Shown here in pieces: positions 19,499 to 29,241 of a stretch of DNA of 64,000 nucleotides. The stretch comes from Nitrosopumilus sp. Its GTDB lineage: Archaea > Thermoproteota > Nitrososphaeria > Nitrososphaerales > Nitrosopumilaceae. The stretch is from positions 1,536,001 through 1,600,000 of the forward strand of contig OZ245040.1 in the NCBI GenBank assembly GCA_965224195.1, given 5' to 3'. The position numbers and the translations under genes were made by a program. Under the pieces are notes generated by a model. It had not been told where the DNA came from and searched no databases. It saw nothing but the letters and a program-made list of their open reading frames with translations. Numbering within the stretch: the stretch's first letter is position 1; every line of letters starts with the position of its first letter.

Positions 19499-19873
19499 TT
19501 GTCAAAAAAAGATTTTGAAACTATTTGTGATACAATTGCAACAATTAGTCCATTTATCAGATTTATAGGCGTAATTGGTGAAAGTGGGAATCTTTTAGCA
19601 TACAAACGAAGACCAGAATTGATTCCATTATTAAATGAAAAAAATACACAGTATCAATTTTCACATATTGCAATGAAGACAGATTTAGAGGGATTTTTTG
19701 ATAAAAATCTAGGAGAGATTGAATTTGTCTGGGAGGAAAGGAAGAAAGTACAAACAATCTCATTTGCAATTAAAAAATCAAGAGTTTGGATATCAATTGA
19801 TAAAAAAGTAATCAGATCAGAAGCATTAAGAATCATTGATTCATGTTTGCCGATTGTGAAAAAATATTCTTAA
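19499..19873 (+). CDS. Thaumarchaeal roadblock/profilin-like (DUF6659-like) protein
   Basis: IRFIGVIGESGNLL...LGEIEFV...ISIDK. Confidence 0.6.
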   Translation: MSKKDFETICDTIATISPFIRFIGVIGESGNLLAYKRRPELIPLLNEKNTQYQFSHIAMKTDLEGFFDKNLGEIEFVWEERKKVQTISFAIKKSRVWISIDKKVIRSEALRIIDSCLPIVKKYS

Positions 19874-19876
19874 CAC

Positions 19877-19972
19877 ATGAAATGCCCATATTGTGAAATT
19901 GACCTGGATTTACTTAGTATGACTGATGGATTAAAACACATACTAGAACATAAAAAAGAAATACAAAATTAA
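19877..19972 (+). CDS. Putative micro-protein with C2H2-like finger (31 aa)
   Basis: MKCPYCEIDLDLLSMTDGLKHILEHKKEIQN*, starting 3 nt after the previous stop. Confidence 0.45.
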   Translation: MKCPYCEIDLDLLSMTDGLKHILEHKKEIQN

Positions 19973-20075
19973 AATATTTGAATAATTTTTAAAAAACAGG
20001 GATGAATCAGATGAGGTTCAAAATTTAATCGACGAGATCAATTTTAGAAAATCAAATTCTAAAAACTATGAAAAA

Positions 20076-20291
20076 ATGAAATCTATTGAAATCAGTAAAG
20101 AATTAAAAGAAATCATGAAATTTAAACAAGAATCATTTAAGAAAATTGAAGAGTTTGAAAAAACTCAAAAAACCCAGGATTTAGTTCAATACGCTAAAAT
20201 GATTAGTAGAAATACAACTGGAAGAGAAATTTCCCAACTACAAGAAATATACTTGAAAAAAATTGATGATGAATTTCTTAAGAAAAAATAA
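20076..20291 (+). CDS. Hypothetical protein
   Basis: 71 aa charged helical ORF. Confidence 0.5.
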   Translation: MKSIEISKELKEIMKFKQESFKKIEEFEKTQKTQDLVQYAKMISRNTTGREISQLQEIYLKKIDDEFLKKK

Positions 20292-20293
20292 AT

Positions 20294-21235
20294 TTATTTT
20301 TCATCTTCATATAACCAACAACGAACATAACCAGTTTCAGTTTTAAATTTAGGAGGGAGTTCTTTGCATTTCTCTATTGCTAATGGACATCTTTCAATAA
20401 ATCTACATTGTGTTGGAGCATCAAGTAAGCTTGGAGGAATGCCTTTGATGTATTTTGGAGTACCGCCTTTCAAAGTAGGAATTGATTCTAAGAGTCCCTG
20501 AGTATAGGGATGTTTTGGATTCTTGTAAATTTGTTCTGAAGAACCAAATTCTACCATTTGTCCGCCATACATTATACCAATTTTATCAGAAATTTCAGAT
20601 AGAACTGCCAAATCATGCGTAATTAGCATAAAGGACATGCCCTCTTTTTTTAAAGATTTTAGTAAATTGATGATTTGTGCTTGAATTAAAACATCTAATG
20701 CAGTTGTAGGTTCATCAGCAATTACAAATTTTGGTTTGAGCAGTAACGCCATTGCAATGATAACTCTTTGTTTCATCCCACCACTTAATTCATGAGGATA
20801 TTTCTTTAGAATATTTTTATCAAGAGATACAGAATTCATTGCATCAGAAATTATTTTCTTTAAATCACCATCAAAGGAATGCTCTTTTAAAATCTCAATA
20901 AATTGCTCATTAATTGTAAATACAGGATCCAATGAATTCATGGCACCTTGAAAAATCATTGAGATTTTTTTCCATCTATATTCATCATCAAATTTTAAAT
21001 CAGTTAATTCTAAAATAGAAACTCCATCAAATGTGATTTGCCCTTCAGTAACACCGCCCGAAAGCATTCGAATTAAGGATAATCCTAAGGTACTTTTTCC
21101 ACATGCACTTTCACCGGCAATTCCTATGGATTCACCATTATTCAATTCAAAATCTACATCATCGACAGCATATACTGGTCCTTTAGATGAAGAATATTTT
21201 GAGGACAATCCACTAACATTTAGAAATGTCATCAT
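20294..21235 (-). CDS. Oligopeptide/dipeptide ABC transporter ATP-binding subunit (DppD/OppD type)
   Basis: GESACGKS, LSGGMKQR, ADEPTTALD, HPYT and C-terminal Cys motif. Confidence 0.92.
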   Translation of the reverse strand: MMTFLNVSGLSSKYSSSKGPVYAVDDVDFELNNGESIGIAGESACGKSTLGLSLIRMLSGGVTEGQITFDGVSILELTDLKFDDEYRWKKISMIFQGAMNSLDPVFTINEQFIEILKEHSFDGDLKKIISDAMNSVSLDKNILKKYPHELSGGMKQRVIIAMALLLKPKFVIADEPTTALDVLIQAQIINLLKSLKKEGMSFMLITHDLAVLSEISDKIGIMYGGQMVEFGSSEQIYKNPKHPYTQGLLESIPTLKGGTPKYIKGIPPSLLDAPTQCRFIERCPLAIEKCKELPPKFKTETGYVRCWLYEDEK

Positions 21236-21314
21236 TCTCTTAGATCCAAACTAGGATTTTTATTTTGCACTAAGGGATATAAACAACATTATCAGAATGA
21301 AAAAGTCGATTTAA

Positions 21315-21827
21315 ATGAAATTACCTATTTGTGGCTTTGATGCAAAAAATTCTATTCTTTGTCCTCAATGTGAAAGTAAAATTGAATCAGGAGAATTGAC
21401 AAAAGCTGATGCAGAAGCATCAATAAATCTTGCAAAAATTGCAAAATCAAATAAAGAAATTGAAAATTTCACACTATATTCTTGTAAAGAATTTGATGGA
21501 AATTTTGTATTATCCCTAGCAAAAAATGATATTATGCTAATTAGACAAAGTAGAACATTATATCGAACATTACAAGACCAATTCAAAGGTAAAATTTGGC
21601 TTGTAGAAGCAGATGAAACAGACAAACGCTTCATAGAAGATTTGTTCTTTCCCACCAAAATCCTATCAATTAATGAAGTTTGGGCACCAGGCGGTGTTCA
21701 AAAAACAAAAGCAGTTGTTTCAGGGAAATGGACTCCAAAATTCCCTATTGACACTGAAAAAGTAGTACAGATAGTCAAGAATGCCCGAAACCTTGACATT
21801 GAGATAGAATTTGAGGATAAAAGATAG
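21315..21827 (+). CDS. Archaeal NusA-like protein with N-terminal Zn site
   Basis: MKLPICGFDAKNSILCPQCE; adjacent to aspS. Confidence 0.7.
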   Translation: MKLPICGFDAKNSILCPQCESKIESGELTKADAEASINLAKIAKSNKEIENFTLYSCKEFDGNFVLSLAKNDIMLIRQSRTLYRTLQDQFKGKIWLVEADETDKRFIEDLFFPTKILSINEVWAPGGVQKTKAVVSGKWTPKFPIDTEKVVQIVKNARNLDIEIEFEDKR

Positions 21828-21829
21828 AC

Positions 21830-23116
21830 ATGATTTTTGTAAAAACTCACGATATTTCTGAACTAAATCAAGAACTGATAGGAAAAGAAGTAGTATTGGG
21901 AGGATGGATTGAGGATCTTAGAAAATTAGGAAAAATGTCATTTATCACTCTTCGGGATGTGTCAGGAATATCTCAAATTATAGTTAAAGGAGAACTAAAT
22001 GACAATCTTGGTGAGATTAATCGTCAAAGTGTTGTCATCATTAAAGGAATAATGCAAGAAACTAAAGCTCGGGACTTTGCATTTGAGGTTAAGGCAGATG
22101 AAATAGAAGTTTTAGGAAAAGCAATTCACCCATTACCAGTTGACCCAATTGGCAGACTGGAAAGTAATATCGATACAAGATTAAATCATAGAGCACTAGA
22201 TATGAGAAATCAAAAAACAGCTTCAATTTTTAAATTACGACATCATGTATTACAATCTTTAAGAAAAACCCTTGCAGACAAAAAATTTATCGAAATCACA
22301 ACTCCAAAAATAATTGGAAGTGCAAGTGAAGGGGGTGCAGATTTATTTTCATTGGACTATTTTGGAAAAACAGCATATCTTGCTCAGAGTCCACAATTAT
22401 ACAAAGAACAAATGACAATCGGTTTAGAACGAGTATTTGAGATTTCAAATTTTTACAGGGCAGAAAATTCTCATACAGGAAGACATTTGACAGAATTTAC
22501 CAGTATTGACATTGAAGCTGCATTTATGGACTATGAGGATGTCATGAATGTTTTAGAATCTCTAGTATTATCAGTTTACAAAGATGTTTCAGAAAATTGT
22601 AAAACAGAGCAAGAAGCAATTGAGCACACAATAGAAGTTCCCTCAACACCGTTTGAGAGAATTACATACACACAGTGTGTTGAAGAGTTGAAAAAAGCAG
22701 GGGAAAAAGTCGAATTTGGAGACGATTTACTTGATGCACATCTTAGAATCATTGGACAAAACCATCCAGGGTTTTTCTTTTTAACTGACTGGCCCATGAA
22801 ACTAAAACCATTTTACATCAGAGAAAAGGATGATGATGCAGCACTTTCACGTTCTTTTGATTTGCAGTATGGATTTTTAGAATTGTCCTCAGGAGGAACT
22901 AGACTTCACAATCCAGAAATGCTCAAAGAGAGACTAAAAGAACAAGGATTAGATCCTAACCAATTTGCAGACCACCTTAAAACATTTGATTGGGGAATGC
23001 CACCACATTCAGGTTGGGGAATGGGATTAGATAGATTGATGACTACACTAATTGGAATGGATAATGTTCGCGAAGTAGTTTTGTATCCACGAGACCCAGA
23101 CAGGCTTAGTCCATAG
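21830..23116 (+). CDS. aspS: Aspartyl-tRNA synthetase, archaeal (probably non-discriminating)
   Basis: LAQSPQLYK, YRAENSHTGRHL, GMPPHSGWGMGLDR. Confidence 0.96.
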   Translation: MIFVKTHDISELNQELIGKEVVLGGWIEDLRKLGKMSFITLRDVSGISQIIVKGELNDNLGEINRQSVVIIKGIMQETKARDFAFEVKADEIEVLGKAIHPLPVDPIGRLESNIDTRLNHRALDMRNQKTASIFKLRHHVLQSLRKTLADKKFIEITTPKIIGSASEGGADLFSLDYFGKTAYLAQSPQLYKEQMTIGLERVFEISNFYRAENSHTGRHLTEFTSIDIEAAFMDYEDVMNVLESLVLSVYKDVSENCKTEQEAIEHTIEVPSTPFERITYTQCVEELKKAGEKVEFGDDLLDAHLRIIGQNHPGFFFLTDWPMKLKPFYIREKDDDAALSRSFDLQYGFLELSSGGTRLHNPEMLKERLKEQGLDPNQFADHLKTFDWGMPPHSGWGMGLDRLMTTLIGMDNVREVVLYPRDPDRLSP

Positions 23117-23131
23117 AGGAGCATATGAAAT

Positions 23132-23365
23132 ATGACATTATTCTGTAAACAATGTAACGAAAGAAGATTACCGATAGTCTTTGCTAAAGACAAACCTCCA
23201 TTATGGATATGTGAAAAATGTGAAAATTTTGCAGATGGTGAAGATGTTATAATTCGAGAAGTAACTAAAGAAGAAAAAGAGGGAATAAAGAAAAAGTTGG
23301 AAGATTTTGAAAATAACACCGAATTAAATGGTGAAAAACTAAAAAGAAGAAAAGGCGTTAATTGA
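23132..23365 (+). CDS. Small Zn-ribbon protein
   Basis: CKQC...CEKC. Confidence 0.75.
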   Translation: MTLFCKQCNERRLPIVFAKDKPPLWICEKCENFADGEDVIIREVTKEEKEGIKKKLEDFENNTELNGEKLKRRKGVN

Positions 23366-23622
23366 TCATGATTGATCAAAAGGATGCGAAAAAAGTTGTA
23401 GAAGTAATTGGGAACAATTTGATTGGAGTATCACATGATTCTAGTAGTTTTGCTAAATTGCCTGACTCATTTTGGGGATATTTTGCAAGAGGGCACGATA
23501 CAAAAGGGACATTTGGTGTCATCGTGACTTATTCTGAAGAAGGTAAAGATGTGGATGGGCTGATCAAAATGTATGAAGAATGGGCTGCAAAAAATAAAAC
23601 AAAATCAGAAGAACCTACTTAG
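23362..23622 (+). CDS. Hypothetical protein
   Basis: 86 aa ORF, co-oriented with the aspS operon. Confidence 0.7.
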   Translation: MIMIDQKDAKKVVEVIGNNLIGVSHDSSSFAKLPDSFWGYFARGHDTKGTFGVIVTYSEEGKDVDGLIKMYEEWAAKNKTKSEEPT

Positions 23623-23666
23623 TTTATTGTCAATTTTGTTTAGTAAACTCAGACATAAAAAATATT

Positions 23667-24422
23667 TTAATCATTTTTTACTTCAATTTTATTTTTATTG
23701 AATTTGTTGTAACCCTCTTTGTTGTAGCCCTCTTTGTTGTAGCCTAGGTGATCATATCCAAGTCTATCATACCCGTCTTTGTTGTGCCCATTGCTATCAT
23801 ACCCATCTAAATCATACCCGTCTTTGTTGTATCCATTTACATCATATCCATTACTATCATATCCATTTTTATCATATCCGTCTTTGTTAAACCCGTCTTT
23901 GTTAAACCCGTCTTTGTTGTATCCCTTTAGATCATACCCGTCTTTGTTAAACCCATTTTTGTTGTATCCATCTTTGTTGTATCCTTTTTTGTTGTACCCA
24001 TTTTTGTTGTATCCATCTTTGTTGTATCCTTTTTTGTTGTACCCGTCTTTATCAAAATTTATTTTTGTATCAATGTGAATCCCATCAAGAGAAAAACCAC
24101 GATTATCGTACCCGTCTTTGTTGTATCCCTTGTTGTTGTATCCATTTTTGTTGTATCCGTCTTTGTCGTAACCCTTGTAATTGTATCCATCTTCGTCGTA
24201 TCCATCTTTGTATCCCTTTTTGTCATATCCATTTTTGTTGTAACCCTTTTTGTCATATCCATTTTTGTTGTAACCCTTTTTGTCATATCTCTTGTTGTTG
24301 TATCCATCTTTATCAAATCCATTTTTGTTGTAACCCTTTTTGTCATATCCATCTTTATCATACCCATCCAAGTCATACCCAAACTTGTCAAATGTTTTAC
24401 TAAATTTATCAAACAAACCCAT
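23667..24422 (-). CDS. G-[YF]-[DN]-K-x pentapeptide-repeat protein
   Basis: About 45 GYDKD/GYNKN-type repeats (15-bp degenerate unit); N-terminus MGLFDKF. Confidence 0.85.
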   Translation of the reverse strand: MGLFDKFSKTFDKFGYDLDGYDKDGYDKKGYNKNGFDKDGYNNKRYDKKGYNKNGYDKKGYNKNGYDKKGYKDGYDEDGYNYKGYDKDGYNKNGYNNKGYNKDGYDNRGFSLDGIHIDTKINFDKDGYNKKGYNKDGYNKNGYNKKGYNKDGYNKNGFNKDGYDLKGYNKDGFNKDGFNKDGYDKNGYDSNGYDVNGYNKDGYDLDGYDSNGHNKDGYDRLGYDHLGYNKEGYNKEGYNKFNKNKIEVKND

Positions 24423-24493
24423 AACAGAATTTCATGAATCCAATTTAGATAAGCATTTTCATACCTGAGAATAGTCAATAAACGGATCTATTG

Positions 24494-24625
24494 CTACTTA
24501 GTTTCTTTGAGTAATTTACGATATCCTGCACATTCTTTACAAATTGGTTTTCCTTTGTATTTTGGATTTCCATCAGTAATTTTTAGAGTTCCAGGAACGG
24601 CTTTACAAATACAACAATCCACCAT
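24494..24625 (-). CDS. Small Zn-finger protein (43 aa), missing from the ORF track
   Basis: MVDCCICKAVPGTLKITDGNPKYKGKPICKECAGYRKLLKETK*. Confidence 0.7.
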   Translation of the reverse strand: MVDCCICKAVPGTLKITDGNPKYKGKPICKECAGYRKLLKETK

Positions 24626-24995
24626 AGATTTTGGTTTGAATATGCAATTAATAAAAATTGGTAATTGTTAAAAATTTATAAATTATTAGTGAGTTTAGGC
24701 TCAAAAGATAAGAATAACCAAAAAATCAAATTTTTTACACTTTTTGATCTTTATCGAAAATTATCTAATAATTTTCATGGGATCAAACTATGAAGCATTT
24801 TTGTGGATTATTCAAAACCAGAAAAAAATTCATGAGGAATATATTCAGAAAATATCATAGTTTAGAAATAATTAAGGATTATCAGTAAAATAGAATGCCC
24901 ATCTTCAATCCCCTATTTTTAGACAAACTCATCAGCATTGTCCTAGTTGGGTAATCAAAGATTGGGTTTATTTCCTTCCAATAAAATCAATAACT

Positions 24996-26117
24996 GTGAA
25001 AGCGCAGACAATAATTATATTATTTTTAGTAATGACATGTTCGATAATCTCGCCTATTTTTGCACAGGAATTTGTAGAGCCACACTATACAATTCGTGGA
25101 GCCGATGTTTTAGACTTTGAATTAGACGGTGAATCCTCATCCCTAATCATTACACTTGATGGTCGGGCTAGAGGGGAAATAATCATCACACTACCAAGAT
25201 ATCTAATTGATGCTAAAATCGACTCTGAAGATACTGATTTTGAAATTTTAGTAGGTGGATTTAGAATTAATTCCTTTGATGAAAAAGTTACTTTAACTGA
25301 GAGAATAATTGCAATTCCATTTAAAAAAAATACCACTGAAATAAAAATTATTGGAACTCATGTTTTAACTCAAGTATCTGCTGTGCAAACTAGTCTTGCT
25401 AATCAAATGGATAACACAATACAATCAGAACTGAAAAAGCAAACTGCTGACGGTACCGCCAAACTGTTGGTATTTTCTAATACAAAATGGACTGGTGCTT
25501 TGCAATCATCAACTGTTGCGTATACTGAAATAAATGGTAATGGTGATAAAATTATCACTTTTGGATGTGAATCAACGCAATTTAATCAGGGATCTTTTGG
25601 TGCAAAAATTCAAAAAATTACAGAGAATGGTTTTGTGAGAATTGTTGCAATTCAGAATCAACAAATCATTACACAAGGTACAAGTGATGTGCAGTTTGAA
25701 GAAGTGTTCATTAATGGTGATTGTTATTCAAGTTTTGCTGCAAGTCCGGGTGGATGTCTTATAGCTACTGCCACATATGGCACAGAACTTGCACCCCAAG
25801 TACAACTCCTGCGAGAAATTAGAGATGAATCACTATTACAAACAGAATACGGGACTAATTTTATGAATTTGTTCAACGATGTATACTATTCATTTAGCCC
25901 AATAATTGCAGATTATGAGCGCGAAAACCCAACATTCAAAGAAATTGTAAAGATTGCAATTACACCAATGATTAGTTCTTTGTCCATTTTGAATTATGTT
26001 GATATGGATTCAGAAAGTGCGGTGTTAGGATATGGAATATCTTTGATCATACTAAATGGAATGATGTATGTTGGGATTCCAGTTGTTACAATTGTTGGAT
26101 TTAAGAAAAGATTCTGA
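24996..26117 (+). CDS. Secreted protein with CFI-box-CTERM domain
   Basis: Signal peptide; GGCLIATATYGTELAPQVQLLREIRD...YYSFSP; C-terminal TM. Confidence 0.9.
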   Translation: MKAQTIIILFLVMTCSIISPIFAQEFVEPHYTIRGADVLDFELDGESSSLIITLDGRARGEIIITLPRYLIDAKIDSEDTDFEILVGGFRINSFDEKVTLTERIIAIPFKKNTTEIKIIGTHVLTQVSAVQTSLANQMDNTIQSELKKQTADGTAKLLVFSNTKWTGALQSSTVAYTEINGNGDKIITFGCESTQFNQGSFGAKIQKITENGFVRIVAIQNQQIITQGTSDVQFEEVFINGDCYSSFAASPGGCLIATATYGTELAPQVQLLREIRDESLLQTEYGTNFMNLFNDVYYSFSPIIADYERENPTFKEIVKIAITPMISSLSILNYVDMDSESAVLGYGISLIILNGMMYVGIPVVTIVGFKKRF

Positions 26118-26185
26118 AAATTTTAGATTTTAGTACTTTATTACGACCGTCGTATTCTCACGACTAAATCTGAGGCATTCTATTT

Positions 26186-27199
26186 TTAGAGATTATCAGT
26201 AATTTGTTTTGTAAATTCCGAGGTACTTGCATCTCCACCAATATCTTTAGTCTTGACACCAGACTTTACTAAATCAAATATTGTTGATTCCAACTTTTGA
26301 CCAACTTCAATACATTTGGAATCATTGTGTTTGTTTCCCAACCAATCAAGCATCATCTTAATTGATAGCAAGAATGATGAAGGATTTGCAATGTTTTGTC
26401 CGGCAATATCAAATGCCGCACCGTGAACTGGCTCAAACAATGCAAATTTGTCTCCAATGTTAGCAGCTGGCGCCATACCTAATCCTCCAACCACTTGGGA
26501 TGATTCATCAGATAAAATATCCCCAAACAAATTAGTAGTAACTATAACATCAAACTGTTCTGGTTGTCGAATCAAATTCATAGCACATGCATCAACATAC
26601 ATTTCTTCAAATGTAATATCAGGATAATCTTTTGATACATCAGTACATGCTTTGGCAAACATTCCATCGGTAACTCGCATTACATTTGATTTATGAACAC
26701 AAGTTACTTTTTTCATAGAGTCACGTTGTGTGGCAGTTTCAAAAGCATATTTTGCAATTCGCTTTGAAGCTTTTTCAGAAATTATTCTAAGTGCAACTGA
26801 AGAATTACCCAAGCTAAATTCTTTTCCAGTGTATAGATCCTCAGTATTCTCTCGAACTATCACCATGTCAATATCATCACGTAATGCAGTCATATGCGGA
26901 TATGATTTTGCAGGTCGGATATTTGCATACAAATCAAGCATTCGCCTCAACACCACTATTACATCAGCCGCACTTTCACCAACGGGTGCTTTCATACATG
27001 CATCAGATTGTTTTATGGAATCAACTGTTTCATCAGGAAGTGCTTTTCCAGTTTCAGACAATGCATGGTCACCGGCAGATAACTTGGCAATATCAAATTT
27101 CAAATCAAGTTTATCATGAATTGTAGTTAAAACAGAAATTGCAGATTCTGATAATTCAGGGCCAATTCCATCGCCAGTGATTAAAGAAATTTTATACAT
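26186..27199 (-). CDS. leuB: 3-isopropylmalate dehydrogenase (isocitrate/isopropylmalate DH family)
   Basis: GDGIGPE, RENTED, NLFGDILSD, EPVHGAA; located in the ilv-leu operon. Confidence 0.88.
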   Translation of the reverse strand: MYKISLITGDGIGPELSESAISVLTTIHDKLDLKFDIAKLSAGDHALSETGKALPDETVDSIKQSDACMKAPVGESAADVIVVLRRMLDLYANIRPAKSYPHMTALRDDIDMVIVRENTEDLYTGKEFSLGNSSVALRIISEKASKRIAKYAFETATQRDSMKKVTCVHKSNVMRVTDGMFAKACTDVSKDYPDITFEEMYVDACAMNLIRQPEQFDVIVTTNLFGDILSDESSQVVGGLGMAPAANIGDKFALFEPVHGAAFDIAGQNIANPSSFLLSIKMMLDWLGNKHNDSKCIEVGQKLESTIFDLVKSGVKTKDIGGDASTSEFTKQITDNL

Positions 27200-27249
27200 A
27201 TCAAAACATCACAACAAGGGAATTTTAGGTTTAGCTTATCTGCTTTTCG

Positions 27250-28752
27250 CTAAGGCATCTTTTTGAACATAATTCCATTGATTGCATCAATTACTGCCTT
27301 TACAGAAGTAGTAACAATATCCTCACCAACTGATTTTGCTGAAACCTTGTTTCCTAATGGATCCTCAACTTTTACTGTAACTTCACACAAGGCATCAGAG
27401 CCACCAGAAATTGATGCCAATCCATAGTCTTTAATTCTAATCTCTGAAATCTTACCTGTAATTTTTTGAATTGCATTTAATGCTGCATCTACAGGTCCAA
27501 CCCCATAATCAGTTCCAATGTGATCCTGACCATCAATGTTTAATTTTACAAATGCATATGGCATGGTTCCAATACCAGTAGATACTGAAAAACCAGTTAA
27601 TCGTACAATTCTTTTGAGTTCTTTTTCACCCAAAACTTCACTTGCCATAGATAACAATTCTACATCGGTAACTTGTTTTCCTTGATCACCAAGTATTTTG
27701 ATTTTTTCTAAGATTTGTTTTGCTTGTTCTTCAGTTGGTTTTACACCATATTCTGCCAATATTGCATTCATTCCATGAACTCCTGCATGTTTTCCAACCT
27801 TTAACCATCTTTTTCTTCCAACTAATTCAGGACTAATTGGTTCGTAAGTGAGAGGATTATTCAATACACCATGAGTGTGAATTCCAGACTCGTGGCCAAA
27901 TGCATTGGCACCAACGATTGCCTTGTTAGGTTGTACCATTATCCCCACAGTCTTTGAGATGAATCTAGAAGTTTCATAGATTAATTCAGATTTAATATTA
28001 GTTTCATAATTTTGTTCATAAGGCAAACATTTGAGTGCCATTGAAAATTCTTCCAATGAAGCATTTCCTGCACGTTCTCCAATTCCATTAATTGTAACAT
28101 GTGCACATGCAGCACCTGCATGAATACCAGATAACGCATTTGCAACTGCCAATCCAAAATCATTGTGACAGTGAACACTTACTGGGAGTTTTGTAGCTTC
28201 AATTGTATCTCTAGTGATTTCAGCCATATATTCAGGAGTTGAATACCCCACAGTATCAGGAATATTAACACGATCAGCACCTGCTTTTGCAACAGCACCA
28301 AAAACTTTTTTCAAAAATTCTCGGTCTGTTCTGGATGCATCCTCAGCTGAAAACTCTACTTGTAATCCACGGGACTTTCCATACTCTACTGCCTCAATTG
28401 CTTTTTCAAGTGCTTGGTCTCGGGTCATTTGGAGCTTGTGTTCCAAATGAATATCTGATGTTGCAATGAAGGTATGAATATAATTTAATCCAGCATCAAC
28501 TGCTGCATCAATATCTTTTTTGATAGTTCTAGTTAATCCTGCAATTTCACAAGATAATCCTTCAGAAGTAATCATCTTGACTGCTTTTAATTCACCATCA
28601 GAAATTACCGGAAATCCAGCTTCAATTGCATCAACACCTAATGCATCAAGTTTTTTTGCAATTGCTAATTTTTGATCTGGAGACAAAGATACACCAAGGG
28701 TTTGTTCACCATCACGTAATGTGGTATCAAAAATTCTAACATTTACCATCAT
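27250..28752 (-). CDS. leuA: 2-isopropylmalate synthase (LeuA/CimA family)
   Basis: DTTLRDGEQ, HCHND, GERAGN and C-terminal regulatory domain. Confidence 0.85.
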   Translation of the reverse strand: MMVNVRIFDTTLRDGEQTLGVSLSPDQKLAIAKKLDALGVDAIEAGFPVISDGELKAVKMITSEGLSCEIAGLTRTIKKDIDAAVDAGLNYIHTFIATSDIHLEHKLQMTRDQALEKAIEAVEYGKSRGLQVEFSAEDASRTDREFLKKVFGAVAKAGADRVNIPDTVGYSTPEYMAEITRDTIEATKLPVSVHCHNDFGLAVANALSGIHAGAACAHVTINGIGERAGNASLEEFSMALKCLPYEQNYETNIKSELIYETSRFISKTVGIMVQPNKAIVGANAFGHESGIHTHGVLNNPLTYEPISPELVGRKRWLKVGKHAGVHGMNAILAEYGVKPTEEQAKQILEKIKILGDQGKQVTDVELLSMASEVLGEKELKRIVRLTGFSVSTGIGTMPYAFVKLNIDGQDHIGTDYGVGPVDAALNAIQKITGKISEIRIKDYGLASISGGSDALCEVTVKVEDPLGNKVSAKSVGEDIVTTSVKAVIDAINGIMFKKMP

Positions 28753-29234
28753 GCACCACTTCTCTGTAATGCAGCAACACCAGTTCGAGCAACATCAAGA
28801 ATACCAAATGGCTTTACTAATTCTTCAAAGGCTTTGATTTGATCAGGAGTGGCAGTTAATTCTACCATCATAGAATCTTTTTTCACATCATGGACTTTGC
28901 CACCATATGCATTTGCTAATTTGTTAACTTCCATACTATCATTAGCATTACTGAGTTTTATCTTAAAAATACTAAGTTCTCGAAACACAGTTTTGTGCTC
29001 ATCTAACCGTTCAACTTTGACAGTATCAATCATTTTATCAAGTTGTTTTACTACCTGCTCGATTCGTTTTTCATCTCCATATGTGGTGATGGTCATTTTT
29101 GAATAATCAGGATTTTCAGTAATTCCAACTGAAATACTATCAATATTGAAATTTCTTGCTCTAAAAAGATGAGTTATCTTGAATAAAATTCCAGGTTTGT
29201 TTTCAACTAAAATAGAAAGGATTGCCCACATCAT
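28749..29234 (-). CDS. ilvH: Acetolactate synthase small subunit
   Basis: VENKPG..FRARNFNIDSI ACT domain, VARTG. Confidence 0.93.
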   Translation of the reverse strand: MMWAILSILVENKPGILFKITHLFRARNFNIDSISVGITENPDYSKMTITTYGDEKRIEQVVKQLDKMIDTVKVERLDEHKTVFRELSIFKIKLSNANDSMEVNKLANAYGGKVHDVKKDSMMVELTATPDQIKAFEELVKPFGILDVARTGVAALQRSGA

Positions 29235-29241
29235 AAATCAC

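Noticed and set aside
23779-24478. Overlapping ORFs in other frames and strands across the pentapeptide-repeat gene
   Set aside because: Shadow ORFs created by the stop-poor 15-bp repeat.
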